NCBI GenBank assembly: GCA_964625625.1 | Contig: CAZVEG010000002.1 | Location: 15,865-79,864, forward strand | Length of the DNA: 64,000 bases | From: an uncultured Leptospirales bacterium | Lineage (GTDB): Bacteria > Spirochaetota > UBA4802 > UBA5368 | Direction: 5' to 3' | Shown here: piece by piece, positions 20,619 to 30,321 of the stretch | Layout of the letters: every line of letters starts with the position of its first letter | Position numbering within the stretch: the first letter of the stretch is position 1 | Program-made: the position numbers and the translations under genes | The notes under the pieces: model-generated | Told to the model about the DNA's origin: nothing | The model's database searches: none | Seen by the model: the letters and a program-made list of their open reading frames with translations, nothing else

Positions 20619-20852
20619 TGACGTCTCCCGATGAAGAAAAATCAGCGGACGGCCCGAAAAAATTTAACTTGAACCGCACAATCGAATCGGTTACACAGAG
20701 TGCTGCGCGGCGATTCCCGGTACGCGAACGAATGAGCGCCCGCTGAACGGTATCGCCGTCACAACATACGGCCGATCCGGGCACAGCGGCGCAGGTGCAG
20801 TTGTACCCTTCATGACGCGCTTTTCAAGAGTTTTTCTTTCAATCCAGGGACG

Positions 20853-21818
20853 ATGAAGACAGGAATCCGACAGATAATCCTTCTGAACGCCGCGATCGCG
20901 TGTCTCCTTCTGCCCGCGCACATCACGGCGTTCGGAGAGCAATCGACCGCCGACCCGTTCCATGATGTCTTCTATACCTATTACACTGAAAGCCGATCGG
21001 AGGCGCGTCGCATGCTTTCCGTACTCTCGAAGAACCATGCGCTTCGCGGCAGAAGCCTCATAAACACCGGGAAGATCGACGAGATGGAAAAGCGCCACGC
21101 AGCGGCACTATCGTCCTACCGCACGGCCCTGAGCTCCGGCGAGCGACTTGCCGTTCCCTATCTCTATGCCGCCCTGGTGATGAACGATCCCCCTTCCGCA
21201 GAAGCGCTGCTCGGCTCGCTCTCCGCGGCGAAGACCGACCACTGGTTGTCGTACGAACAGACGCTCGCGCGTCTTCGCGCGGGAGACCGTGCCGGCGCCA
21301 TACGCCGATTCAGCGAGTCCGTCGCGCTCGGCTTCAACTCGCGCGAGCTCGTCCGCAAGGAGCCGCTCTTCGATCCGATCAGGGGAACGCCGGAATTCGC
21401 GAAGCTCGTCGCCGGAATGAATGCGGTTCCCGTCCGGAAGCTTGCGCCGATGATCGAGGAAATCCGGCGCGACGGAACCAGGGGCACCCCGCTGGCCATG
21501 GGCCCGGGGCTGTCGGCCGCCGGTACGCTCGAGCGGAAGGGCCGGCTCGCGGAGGCCGAACGCGCCCTCCGCGGACTGCTCGAAACGCGCCTGGCGTTTA
21601 ACGAAAGGAGTGTGGCGCTCTACCGACTCGCCCGCCTGCGCGCACGGCAGGGTGACGCGGCGGGAGCCCGTGATTTTCTCCGGCGCCATGCGGAACACTT
21701 CGGATCTTCCCGCGATGATCCCACGGGCTACCGCGGGATAGTCCTTCCGATGATGGGCGACATCATCGCCAACGACGATGCCGGATTACTTCCCTATGCA
21801 GAACCGGGAAAATATTGA
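20853..21818 (+). CDS. secreted TPR-like repeat protein
   Basis: Signal peptide and an Ala/Leu/Arg-rich helical-repeat pattern. Its 3' end overlaps the convergent mnmE by 33 nt. Confidence 0.55.
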   Translation: MKTGIRQIILLNAAIACLLLPAHITAFGEQSTADPFHDVFYTYYTESRSEARRMLSVLSKNHALRGRSLINTGKIDEMEKRHAAALSSYRTALSSGERLAVPYLYAALVMNDPPSAEALLGSLSAAKTDHWLSYEQTLARLRAGDRAGAIRRFSESVALGFNSRELVRKEPLFDPIRGTPEFAKLVAGMNAVPVRKLAPMIEEIRRDGTRGTPLAMGPGLSAAGTLERKGRLAEAERALRGLLETRLAFNERSVALYRLARLRARQGDAAGARDFLRRHAEHFGSSRDDPTGYRGIVLPMMGDIIANDDAGLLPYAEPGKY

Positions 21819-23144
21819 ATCGAGCACGTCCTCCGGCGTCACCTCGCCGGTCACCGCCGACAGGGTGTCGAGCAGGGACTGGAGTTCGAACGCGACGATC
21901 TCGCGGGGCTCCCCGGCGGAGAGAAGCTCCCCGGCCCTCCCGATAGAACCGAGCGCCTCCTCGAGTAATCCCATCATCCTTACATCCGCCACGAAAAAAT
22001 CCTTCTGCCCGACAAAGTCCTCCGACAGCGACACCGTAATCGCCGCCTCCAGCTCTTTCAAACCCCGGCCGGTTTTTGCCGAAAAAGATATCCCCTCGCC
22101 GCCGAGCTCCGAGCGCAGGCGGTCAAGCGCCGCTTCGCCGACCTGGTCGGCCTTGTTGAGGAGCAGTATTCTTTTTTTCCCCGCGATTATATTCAGAACC
22201 CTGCGGTCCTCCTCGAGAACGCCGGTCGAGGCGTCGACGACGACGATCAGCATCGAAGATGACTCGATCTTCGCAAGGCTCAATCCTATCCCCATCTCCT
22301 CGATCTCGCACGAGGGCACATCTATCCCCGCGGTGTCGATTAGATTTACGTGAATACCGGCAATCCGGATGCTCTCGCTTATGGTGTCGCGCGTGGTCCC
22401 AGGGGTCGCCGAAACGATGGCGCGCTCGGCGTTAAGCAGGAGATTGAGCACGCTCGATTTCCCCACGTTCGGCCTTCCGACGATAGGCAGGTCGATGCCG
22501 CGGCTCACCCGCTCCCCGAAGCGACACTGTCGCAGCACCCCCTCCACGAGCGTTCCGATGGATGCCAGTCCCTCGATCGCCCCACCGTTGCTGATGAACT
22601 CGATATCCTCCTCGGCGAAATCTATACCGCACTCGATGTCCGCCTTCAAAACGATCAGGCGCCCGCGTATCTCGGCGATCGCCCGCGCGAGCGATCCGTG
22701 CATCTGCCTGATCGAGGCTTCGATCTCCCATTCCCCGCGCGCCGTAATGATATGGTTGATCGCCTCCGCCTCGGTCAGGTCTATCTTGCCGTTGTGAAAC
22801 GCCCGGCTGCTGAACTCACCCGGAGCCGCCACCCGCAGACCTCGCGCCAGCAGAAGCGCCATGATCCGGTTGACGATGAGGGGGTTGCCGTGGCAGAAAA
22901 TTTCCGCCATATCCTCGCCCGTGAAGCTCGCGGGGCCGCGATAGGACAGCACGACGACATCATCCACTATCGACTGGCCGTCGAGTATCGATCCGTACAC
23001 GGAGCGACGGTGCGAAAGCCCGTCCGGGCGGCTGAACAGAGACGCGACGGCCCTGAATGTATCAGGGCCGCTCACTCGTATTATCGCTATGGGCGAGTTG
23101 ACCGGCGGCGTCGCCGGTGCACAAATCGTGTCCTCGATCATCAC
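21786..23144 (-). CDS. mnmE: tRNA modification GTPase MnmE (TrmE)
   Basis: N-terminal THF-binding domain, helical domain, G-domain motifs (GRPNVGKSS, DTAG, NKAD) and the C-terminal CIGK motif. Confidence 0.95.
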   Translation of the reverse strand: MMIEDTICAPATPPVNSPIAIIRVSGPDTFRAVASLFSRPDGLSHRRSVYGSILDGQSIVDDVVVLSYRGPASFTGEDMAEIFCHGNPLIVNRIMALLLARGLRVAAPGEFSSRAFHNGKIDLTEAEAINHIITARGEWEIEASIRQMHGSLARAIAEIRGRLIVLKADIECGIDFAEEDIEFISNGGAIEGLASIGTLVEGVLRQCRFGERVSRGIDLPIVGRPNVGKSSVLNLLLNAERAIVSATPGTTRDTISESIRIAGIHVNLIDTAGIDVPSCEIEEMGIGLSLAKIESSSMLIVVVDASTGVLEEDRRVLNIIAGKKRILLLNKADQVGEAALDRLRSELGGEGISFSAKTGRGLKELEAAITVSLSEDFVGQKDFFVADVRMMGLLEEALGSIGRAGELLSAGEPREIVAFELQSLLDTLSAVTGEVTPEDVLDSIFSRFCIGK

Positions 23145-23151
23145 ACTCTTC

Positions 23152-23787
23152 TCACCTGTTGGGCGATATCTTCACCTTCCGGTAGATGCCGAGGCCCTCG
23201 CTCTTCGTGGTGACGCGGGAGTCGTTCTGAAGCGTCAGATGAATCAGGCGCCGCTCGAAGGGGTTCATCGGCTCGAGCGTCCAGGGCTTGCCCGTCTTTA
23301 TGACCTTGAGCGCAATCTCCTTCGAGAGTTTCCTGAGCGCCTTTTCGCGTTTAGCCCTGTACGATTCTATGTCGAGAATGATCTTCTTGTCGCTCTTGGT
23401 CCTGTTGTTCACCATGAGGTTCACCAGGAACTGCAGCGATTCCAGCGTCTTTCCCTTTTTACCGATGATCAGGCCGGACTTCGGGCTCTCGATTTCCACG
23501 TACACCTTGTTCTCGCCTTCCTTAATGTCCCGTACCGTACCCTCGATTTCCATCTTTTCCAGTATAGTGAGAAGTATCTCCTTTGTGATCTCTCCCACGT
23601 CGGCAGCGGTGTCGTTGTAGAACACGCGGAGCTTGGCTGGTCTGGAAACGCCGAATCCGAAAATTCCGCTCTTGCCCTGGTCGAGTACCTCCATTTTCAC
23701 TTTCGAGACGTCGTCGATATTGAGTTCGGCCATCATTTTCCGCGTTGCGTCCTCAACCGTCTTACCCTCAATCTCCAACACCTTCAT
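23152..23787 (-). CDS. jag: Jag/KhpB RNA-binding protein (KH + R3H domains)
   Basis: MKVLEIEGKTVEDATRKMM Jag N-terminus, a KH region and a C-terminal R3H motif. Start placed at the ATG preceded by GAGGAGG. The ORF track extends 31 codons further upstream. Confidence 0.85.
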   Translation of the reverse strand: MKVLEIEGKTVEDATRKMMAELNIDDVSKVKMEVLDQGKSGIFGFGVSRPAKLRVFYNDTAADVGEITKEILLTILEKMEIEGTVRDIKEGENKVYVEIESPKSGLIIGKKGKTLESLQFLVNLMVNNRTKSDKKIILDIESYRAKREKALRKLSKEIALKVIKTGKPWTLEPMNPFERRLIHLTLQNDSRVTTKSEGLGIYRKVKISPNR

Positions 23788-23946
23788 ATACGCCTCCTCA
23801 CCGAAATAATAGAATTGCCGCGAAATCCGAGGATACGGCCCTCCCCGCGCCGCCGGCGGGGGAAGTGCGCGTATCCACACTGCCGCGACAGCTAAAATAC
23901 GCCGCGCGGCGCCGGCCGCACCGGACCGCCGCCGCGCGCGAAAAGA

Positions 23947-25599
23947 TCATTCCGCATTTTTCCTGCTCCCCTTTTTGTTGATATAGAGCTGGTGCAGCAT
24001 CTGCAGGGCGTTCTGCATGATCCAGTAGAGCACCAGACCCGACGGCATGTTCCAGAATATGACTATGAATATCAGCGGCATGAACATGAGCATCTTCTGC
24101 TGCTGGCCCACCGCCTCCCCGGTCGTCATGCGCTGCTGAAGATAGGTCGTGCCCGTCATTATGATCGGCAGGATGTTGATATTGAATCCGTATATCTGGA
24201 ATATGGTATCCGGAAGCGACAGGTCCTTAACCCACAGGATGAACGGCGCCTGCCAGAGGTCGATGGCGTTGATCAGCGCGCTGTATAGTGCGAAGAAGAA
24301 CGGCATCTGTAACAGCAGCGGCAGGCATCCGCTCGCCGGATTGACCTTGTTCTTCTTGTAGAGATCCATGATCTTCTTGTTGAGCACCTCGGGCTTGTCC
24401 TTGAACTTTTCCCTGAGCTCGGTTATCTGCGGATTGAGAGCCTGCAGCTTTTTCATCGACTCGGTCGATTTCTGCGTCAGCGGCAGAAGGATGATTTTGG
24501 TCAGGATGGAGAAGACCACCAGCGACCAGCCGAAGTTGCCGAACAGTATATTGATCTTCAGCAGGGCCCACAGAAGGAAGTCGCGTATCGGCTCTATCCA
24601 CTTGCTTACATCGGCCGCGTCGATGACGCTCTCCGAAACGGCGCGAAGCTTTTCCTTGTCCTTTTCTCCCGCGTAGACCTTGAAGTTCCGGGAAAGCGTC
24701 TCGCCTCCCTTAAGCTCGTCGAGGGGAAGGTACATTCCCGCCCTGAAGCCGGTCCCGGGCCTGTTGTCGGAGATCACGCCGCTTCCTGAAAAATCCTCCG
24801 GGATCATTATCAGGAGGAAATACCTGCTCATCATTCCGACCCACTGGACGACGCCGTTTTCCTTTTTTACGATTCCTTCCTTGGAGAAAAAACCGCCGCC
24901 CTTCGATGTCTTTTCGAAGCTGTTGTCCACGGAATAAATACCCTGGACCTGGTTGTAGGTATTGTCGAAGTCCATCGCGGGTCCAAGAAAATCCGAGGCT
25001 GAGAAAATAACAGCACCCCCCGGGAATACCACGCTTCTCTTACCGGCGTTCTGCAGCCTGTACGAGACGGTGAAGTAATCGGCGTCCTTTACGAATCGAT
25101 AGGTCTTTTCAACGCGAATCGGGACATCCTGCATGGTAACCGTGGCAGCGAACTGCACCTCCTCGTTCGAAACCTTTCCCGTTCCCCACAGCACCTCATC
25201 GAGCGCTCCTCCCTGGAGAAACTCGTTCTCGCTCAGATGCAGGGAAAAATCAAACCGCCCCTTCGCCTGGAATCCGCTGTTCTCCACGACGAGCTCGGTG
25301 CCGCGCGCGTTGTGTTTGAAGCTCTTCATCGCGGCGCCCCTGTTGCTCAGCACGACCGTATACTTGTCGGTCGTGACGGTTATCGACTCTTCCTTCGCGG
25401 CGCCGCGAACCGTTATGGATCCCGCCGCGGGAGTGCGCGGAACCTCGCGCGACGCTGGGGCGTCCGGGGATTTATCCGCGCGTTCCTCCTGGACGGGAGG
25501 CTGAGCATCCTGCGGGGCCTGTGGCCGTACGAAGAAATATGACCACAGGAGCCAGACTCCCAGGGCGAGCACGACTGCAAGCAAAGTTCTCTTTTCCAT
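23947..25599 (-). CDS. yidC: membrane protein insertase YidC (long periplasmic P1 domain, diderm type)
   Basis: N-terminal TM, a ~320-aa periplasmic domain, and the 5-TM conserved YidC core with C-terminal basic tail. Confidence 0.95.
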   Translation of the reverse strand: MEKRTLLAVVLALGVWLLWSYFFVRPQAPQDAQPPVQEERADKSPDAPASREVPRTPAAGSITVRGAAKEESITVTTDKYTVVLSNRGAAMKSFKHNARGTELVVENSGFQAKGRFDFSLHLSENEFLQGGALDEVLWGTGKVSNEEVQFAATVTMQDVPIRVEKTYRFVKDADYFTVSYRLQNAGKRSVVFPGGAVIFSASDFLGPAMDFDNTYNQVQGIYSVDNSFEKTSKGGGFFSKEGIVKKENGVVQWVGMMSRYFLLIMIPEDFSGSGVISDNRPGTGFRAGMYLPLDELKGGETLSRNFKVYAGEKDKEKLRAVSESVIDAADVSKWIEPIRDFLLWALLKINILFGNFGWSLVVFSILTKIILLPLTQKSTESMKKLQALNPQITELREKFKDKPEVLNKKIMDLYKKNKVNPASGCLPLLLQMPFFFALYSALINAIDLWQAPFILWVKDLSLPDTIFQIYGFNINILPIIMTGTTYLQQRMTTGEAVGQQQKMLMFMPLIFIVIFWNMPSGLVLYWIMQNALQMLHQLYINKKGSRKNAE

Positions 25600-25775
25600 T
25601 ATCCATCCTTCTGAGGTTTAAATGATGTCGTCAGCTGCGAACCGCAATAGTTACAAAAAGGATCATCGGCCGTGAGGACGCAAGAAGTACGACGGGGCGC
25701 AAGGATCGTTTCCTTGGTGGGAGGGAATAAGATAGCGGAGGCCGCGACGCGTGATGAATTGAATCCCGGACGACC

Positions 25776-26006
25776 CTATGGAACGGGATCGTAACCGCCC
25801 CTGCAGAACGGATTGCAGCGGGCCACGCGAGCGACCGTTAGAATAAGTCCTTTCACCAGTCCATGCTTATCGAGCGCTTCCATCGCGTACACCGAGCAGG
25901 TCGGCATGAACCTGCACGAAGGCGGAAGGTACGGAGAAATCAGCGCCTTGTAAAGTCGTATCAGATTTCTGAGCATCATCACCATTGAGGCGCTCGCCCT
26001 GTTCAT
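25776..26006 (-). CDS. yidD: membrane protein insertion efficiency factor YidD
   Basis: Motifs [30 protein letters not shown] and [13 protein letters not shown]. Its ATG overlaps the rnpA stop in an ATGA arrangement. Confidence 0.85.
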   Translation of the reverse strand: MNRASASMVMMLRNLIRLYKALISPYLPPSCRFMPTCSVYAMEALDKHGLVKGLILTVARVARCNPFCRGGYDPVP

Positions 26007-26386
26007 CGCTTTAACACACCCGACACCTGAAACAGCCGCCGCATAGAATTCCGCGCCCTTTGATATCCAAGCCCGCCGAAAGCGCCGGTCGGGCGCAGTA
26101 CCAGATAATACCCTTCCTCCATCGATGGCAGCATCTCCCTGCATATCGCCCGTATTCTTCTCTTCGCCGTGTTCCTTTCGCACGCTCCGCCGTATCGTGC
26201 TCCAATGGAGATGCCTATCCGTATTACGCGTTCGTCGTCTTTAGGCCCGCCGTCCCGCATCGATGAAGCCCCGTCAGTTTTTTTCCTCAACACGATCAAC
26301 TGGATTCCTTCGCTGTTGAACCGCTTCCCCTTCTCGAATACCTCTTGATAATTCCCCTTTCCCTTCAAGGAATAGATCTTCTTCAC
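26003..26386 (-). CDS. rnpA: ribonuclease P protein component
   Basis: Basic ~127-aa protein in the conserved position between rpmH and yidD. GTG start. Confidence 0.85.
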   Translation of the reverse strand: MKKIYSLKGKGNYQEVFEKGKRFNSEGIQLIVLRKKTDGASSMRDGGPKDDERVIRIGISIGARYGGACERNTAKRRIRAICREMLPSMEEGYYLVLRPTGAFGGLGYQRARNSMRRLFQVSGVLKR

Positions 26387-26398
26387 CCGCTCATATCT

Positions 26399-26557
26399 CT
26401 ATTTGGGCAGCCTCTTCTCATCGGAAACGGTCAGCTTGTGCCGTCCCTTCGCCCTCCTTCTCCGCAAGACCTCTCTGCCTTCGGGCGTACTCATACGCGC
26501 GCGGAACCCGTGCGTTCTGTACCGTTTGAGTCGGCTCGGCTGAAATGTCATCTTCAT
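26399..26557 (-). CDS. rpmH: 50S ribosomal protein L34
   Basis: Not in the ORF track because it is shorter than the cutoff. The minus strand translates to [62 protein letters not shown] lies 7 nt upstream. Confidence 0.9.
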   Translation of the reverse strand: MKMTFQPSRLKRYRTHGFRARMSTPEGREVLRRRRAKGRHKLTVSDEKRLPK

Positions 26558-26641
26558 CGTTTACACCTCATTATTATTTATCATATAGTTGCATATCATA
26601 CGGAATGCAATTAATCCTCACGGTCGGGTACAACAAAACAT

Positions 26642-26660
26642 CCCCTGCGCTGGGGCAGGG
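26642..26660 (-). terminator. possible hairpin terminator/insulator between the methyltransferase gene and the rpmH promoter region
   Basis: ccctgc/gctggg/gcaggg stem-loop. On the minus strand it is followed by a T-rich tract (gatgttttgttgt). Contains the 14-mer ggggcagggtttcc that recurs at 30222-30235. Confidence 0.3.
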
Positions 26661-26761
26661 TTTCCGGTACAAAAGCCGGTTAAAAAGCATTTTCAGTCAA
26701 GAGGAAAACGATAAATTAAATCAAATAAATGTCAAATTCTTTTTACGACGCGGAATGTGCC

Positions 26762-27646
26762 TTATTTAAGCGCATAAACCTCTATAGTGTCGGAAAAACG
26801 CAATAGCGGCGCCATCCTCCTGTAAAGAAGGCTGAAAGGCCTGAAAAACGGGGACGTTCGAGGCACGACACGGTCCGGGTGGACACCGGCGGCACGAACC
26901 ATAACCGACCGGAAGCCCATCCTCTTCAAAATCCGGGCCGCAACGGCAGGCGAAAAATCGATCCGGTGATCTTCGGGGTGGCTTCCCGCCCAGCCCTTTC
27001 GATCGAAAAGGAACTGGGGGCCGAAAACGGAGGGGGCCGAAAAGGCGAACACGCCGCCGGGATTGAGAAGCGCGTAGATACGCCTCATGATTTCACCCGG
27101 ATGCTCGCAGTGCTCGATGAAATACCAGGCGGTAATAATGTCGAAGGTCTCATCAAACTCGGTTTTTTCGAAGGCCGAATTGACGACACGAAAACCGGTT
27201 TCGCGTCTGCACCAGTCACAGGCATAACGGGAAATCTCCACACCGCTTACCCGACCGACACCGGCATCCCACGCGCTTTCCATGAAGAAACCGAGCGCCG
27301 AGCCTATATCGAGCAGGCTCAAGTCCCCGCGCCCGGGCTTTCCGCCCCGCAGGGCGAATACATTTCGCAGGCGCACATCGGCCAGGCGCCGAATTGCGTC
27401 CCTGTCCTCCGCGTAGGTTCTTCCGTACTGGTTTTTGTAATCGTCGAGGAAATAGCGTTCGTCGTACCGCAACGGCCGATACGCGGAATTAAAGACGATA
27501 CCGCACCGGCAGCAACGGTAAAAAGGGGAGAGATCGCGGGTAACCGCCTTCCCGTCCGGCGAGCAGCAGAGAGGACACGTCAGCCCGCCGGGGGGGGGAT
27601 TGTTCGGCGCGCTAACCGTTCTTTTTCCTTTTTTTCGCCGGCTCAA
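26762..27646 (-). CDS. class I SAM-dependent methyltransferase with N-terminal Cys4 zinc-ribbon
   Basis: CPLCCS...CCRCG zinc ribbon. Methyltransferase motif I LLDIGSALGFF and following motifs. Confidence 0.7.
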   Translation of the reverse strand: MSRRKKGKRTVSAPNNPPPGGLTCPLCCSPDGKAVTRDLSPFYRCCRCGIVFNSAYRPLRYDERYFLDDYKNQYGRTYAEDRDAIRRLADVRLRNVFALRGGKPGRGDLSLLDIGSALGFFMESAWDAGVGRVSGVEISRYACDWCRRETGFRVVNSAFEKTEFDETFDIITAWYFIEHCEHPGEIMRRIYALLNPGGVFAFSAPSVFGPQFLFDRKGWAGSHPEDHRIDFSPAVAARILKRMGFRSVMVRAAGVHPDRVVPRTSPFFRPFSLLYRRMAPLLRFSDTIEVYALK

Positions 27647-28103
27647 TGACGATGGGCACTCCCTTGATCTTCACGTTTTCGAACGAAAGCAGCACGAGCT
27701 CGGCGTATTGCTCGGGCACCTCGAGAAACGAGTAAGTGGGATGGATGTCGATCTTTCCTATCTGCTTGCCGTCGACACCGGACCTCTTGACGACCTCGCG
27801 AATAAGGTCGCCCGGCGATATCCCGTGGTTCTTGCCGATATTGATGAACAGCCGCGCCCGGCCGTCCTTGATGTCCTCGAAGACCACCGAACCCGCCGCC
27901 TGCTTCCGGGAGAACTTATCTATGGACAGCTCGAGCCTGGAAATGTCGCCCAGGCTTTCCTTCAAAAGCGCCGCGGCGATGCGCTTCGTGGCCCCGAAGA
28001 AGGGCAGGCGCTTCTTTAAAACCTTCAGCAGCTTGACATATTCGGTCAGGTCTTCCGTAAGGGCGACATCGAGGACCTTCTCTATTTTCTTCTCCTGATT
28101 CAT
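27612..28103 (-). CDS. standalone DbpA-type RNA-binding domain protein
   Basis: The C-terminal half RLFINIGKNHGISPGDLIREVVKRSGVDGKQIGKIDIHPTYSFLEVPEQYAELVL matches the DbpA RNA-binding domain of DEAD-box helicases. No helicase core is present. Overlaps the methyltransferase gene by 35 nt. Confidence 0.6.
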   Translation of the reverse strand: MNQEKKIEKVLDVALTEDLTEYVKLLKVLKKRLPFFGATKRIAAALLKESLGDISRLELSIDKFSRKQAAGSVVFEDIKDGRARLFINIGKNHGISPGDLIREVVKRSGVDGKQIGKIDIHPTYSFLEVPEQYAELVLLSFENVKIKGVPIVIEPAKKRKKNG

Positions 28104-28315
28104 GGAATCCTCTCACATAGAAATCGTCACTCACCGGCAGAAGCCCGGATGTTCCGGGTTTCGCCGTCGTGACATGGTGGCAGTCATATATTCCGGGATG
28201 GCAGTAGCGCAACTTTCTCTGATAGTATGGTCGAAGCGCCCGGCAGGCGGCCTCTCGCGCGAAAAAACCTTGGACAGTATCGGCACGCGATTTAAAATAG
28301 CAAGCAATTTTCGCC

Positions 28316-28996
28316 TCACTCCCCGCCCTGGACCCGGCAGCGATAGCCGACATTACGTACGGTCTCGATGATGCTGTTGAACTCGTCACCCAGCTTCCCC
28401 CGGAGGCGGCGGATATGCACGTCGACGGTCCTTGTACCCCCGATATACTCGACACCCCATATCCTGGCCAGGAGGTCCTTGCGTGAAAAGACGACCCCTC
28501 TGTTCTGGGCCAGAAGCCTGAGAAGCTCGAACTCTTTGTAGGTGAAATCGAGCTTCTCGCCGTTAAGATAAATCGTGTATTCCGAGAGATTTATTTTGAT
28601 ATTGCCGATCGCGATGATGTTCTCGTCATCCAGCAGGTTTTTGTCCCAGAGAAGCCTTCGCACACGGCTGCGCAGTTCGCTCTTCCTGAAGGGATAGAGG
28701 ACGAACTCGTCATAGAACCACTCGTGATCGAGCGCCTCCAGATGGCTGACGCGCAGAATCAGAAGTACCGGAATCCCCTGGAGTTTTTTCCTCAGGCGGG
28801 AAAGATGGAACTGGATGAGGTCGCTCGACTCGAACATGTCGGCGTCGATCGCGAGTAAAAGCATGCCCTCGCCCTTCACCGCGTCGACCGAGCGGAACAC
28901 ACGGATATCGTGGTCGGTGTACTGCGCGGTAAAATCGTCGACCAGCTCACCGTTGCCCGACAGAAGGCCCATGCCGCGTCCGGATTCCTCACTCAC
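28316..28996 (-). CDS. OmpR/PhoB-type winged-helix transcriptional regulator with atypical, degenerate receiver domain
   Basis: C-terminal trans_reg_C motif EFELLRLLAQNRGVVFSRKDLLARIWG...TRTVDVHIRRLRGKL. The N-terminal ~120 aa are receiver-like but lack the canonical acidic pocket. Confidence 0.6.
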   Translation of the reverse strand: MSEESGRGMGLLSGNGELVDDFTAQYTDHDIRVFRSVDAVKGEGMLLLAIDADMFESSDLIQFHLSRLRKKLQGIPVLLILRVSHLEALDHEWFYDEFVLYPFRKSELRSRVRRLLWDKNLLDDENIIAIGNIKINLSEYTIYLNGEKLDFTYKEFELLRLLAQNRGVVFSRKDLLARIWGVEYIGGTRTVDVHIRRLRGKLGDEFNSIIETVRNVGYRCRVQGGE

Positions 28997-30188
28997 GATT
29001 GCCAGAGACCTCTTTGTAAAGGTGGGTGTAGCGCGCCGCCACGTTTTCCGCGTAAAAATCCTTCACCCTCATACGATTGTTTGCGGAGCACCGCTTGTAC
29101 AACCCGTCATCATCGATAAACCGGCGTATCGACCGGGCGTAACCCCCGATGTCGCCGACGTCAACCAGGAGCGCGTTTTCTCCGTTTTTCAGGAAATCGA
29201 CCTGGCCACCATGATTGCTGCAAATAATCGGCAGGCCGCAGTACATCGCCTCCATAAAAACGATCCCGAAACCTTCATGCAGTGATGTCGAGATGAAAAC
29301 ATTCGACACCTCTATAAAATCGTACTTCTGCTCTTCGGTGACGTAACCAGCGAAGACGACCCGATCACCAAGACCGAGCTCGCGTGCGAGCGACTCGAGG
29401 AACTCCCTTTCGGGTCCGTCCCCGAGTACGAGCAGGCGCACCCGCGCATCGGGGACCGCGGCGAGGGCCCGGATCATGTGATCGATGGCCTTACGCTTTA
29501 TAAGCCTGCCGATGGTAATCAGTAAAAACTCGTTCTTTTTAAAACCGAGCGTCGCGCGCTTGACCCCCGAGAGAAGCGGAGGGTGAAACGCCAGCGGGAT
29601 GATACCGACCTCCCCGCGCGGCGCATAATACTTAAGTGCGTTATCGCGCGTGTTGCTCGACTGGGCGATAATGCGGTCGGCCCTGTTCATAATGAACCGC
29701 ACCACATTTCGCCAGAAAATGCTGCGGTGCGGCGACATCTTTTTGCTGGGGTCGTAGATGTCTCCCCCGTGGAGCGAAAGCACGTTGGGAATCCGGAAGA
29801 TCAGCCCCAGGGCATATCCAAGCGGCCCCGACGGAACGGCGAAATGGGTGTTGATGACGTCGTAACGGTTTTTCAGACATAATCGCAGCCCCTTGAAGAA
29901 TCCGAAGGGAAGATATGAAAGCATGGAAAGAAAGCTCGCCGCGTCCCTCGATTTCCTGAAAAAAATCGGAACCCGGTAAACGTTGATCCCCTGCACCTGC
30001 TCGTAATAAGGAAGCCCCTTGAACCACGATGTCAGCACGTCCACCTGCGCGGCATTAACCCACTCCAGTGCGAGGTCCATTGTCGCGACACCTCCTCCGC
30101 CACCGAGAGGGGGAAATTCATAATTGATGATGAGTATTTTCAAGAGGATATCTCCGCAGATTGTTACCGGCACGGGCTCAATCATCAT
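28989..30188 (-). CDS. glycosyltransferase family 4
   Basis: GT-B fold with the C-terminal EGFGIVFMEAMYCGLPIICSNHGG motif. Confidence 0.85.
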   Translation of the reverse strand: MMIEPVPVTICGDILLKILIINYEFPPLGGGGGVATMDLALEWVNAAQVDVLTSWFKGLPYYEQVQGINVYRVPIFFRKSRDAASFLSMLSYLPFGFFKGLRLCLKNRYDVINTHFAVPSGPLGYALGLIFRIPNVLSLHGGDIYDPSKKMSPHRSIFWRNVVRFIMNRADRIIAQSSNTRDNALKYYAPRGEVGIIPLAFHPPLLSGVKRATLGFKKNEFLLITIGRLIKRKAIDHMIRALAAVPDARVRLLVLGDGPEREFLESLARELGLGDRVVFAGYVTEEQKYDFIEVSNVFISTSLHEGFGIVFMEAMYCGLPIICSNHGGQVDFLKNGENALLVDVGDIGGYARSIRRFIDDDGLYKRCSANNRMRVKDFYAENVAARYTHLYKEVSGNRE

Positions 30189-30233
30189 CCCCTTTATAAA
30201 ATAGTAAAGTTATTTTTACCCGGGGCAGGGTTT

Positions 30234-30257
30234 CCCGTGCCGGTCCGCCGGCACGGG
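30234..30257. promoter_or_regulatory. perfect 10-bp inverted repeat (cccgtgccgg tccg ccggcacggg), candidate operator or RNA hairpin in the divergent intergenic region
   Basis: Read directly from the sequence: the arms are exact reverse complements with a 4-nt spacer. It lies about 35 nt upstream of the -35 element at 30293. Confidence 0.35.
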
Positions 30258-30292
30258 AGAAACGTCTCCGCGGGGCACATCCGCAATTAATA

Positions 30293-30321
30293 TTGACACC
30301 CCGCCCGCGCTGTTCTATGCT
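30293..30321 (+). promoter_or_regulatory. near-consensus sigma70 promoter (TTGACA, 17-nt spacer, TATGCT) driving the lipoprotein-OMP operon
   Basis: ttgaca at 30293-30298, a 17-nt spacer, and tatgct at 30316-30321, about 55 nt upstream of the ATG at 30378. Confidence 0.5.

Noticed and set aside
25776-26183. Annotating the full 135-aa ORF as yidD.
   Set aside because: YidD proteins are about 70-85 aa. The internal ATG at 26006 gives a canonical YidD and an ATGA overlap with rnpA. The upstream extension overlaps the rnpA coding sequence.
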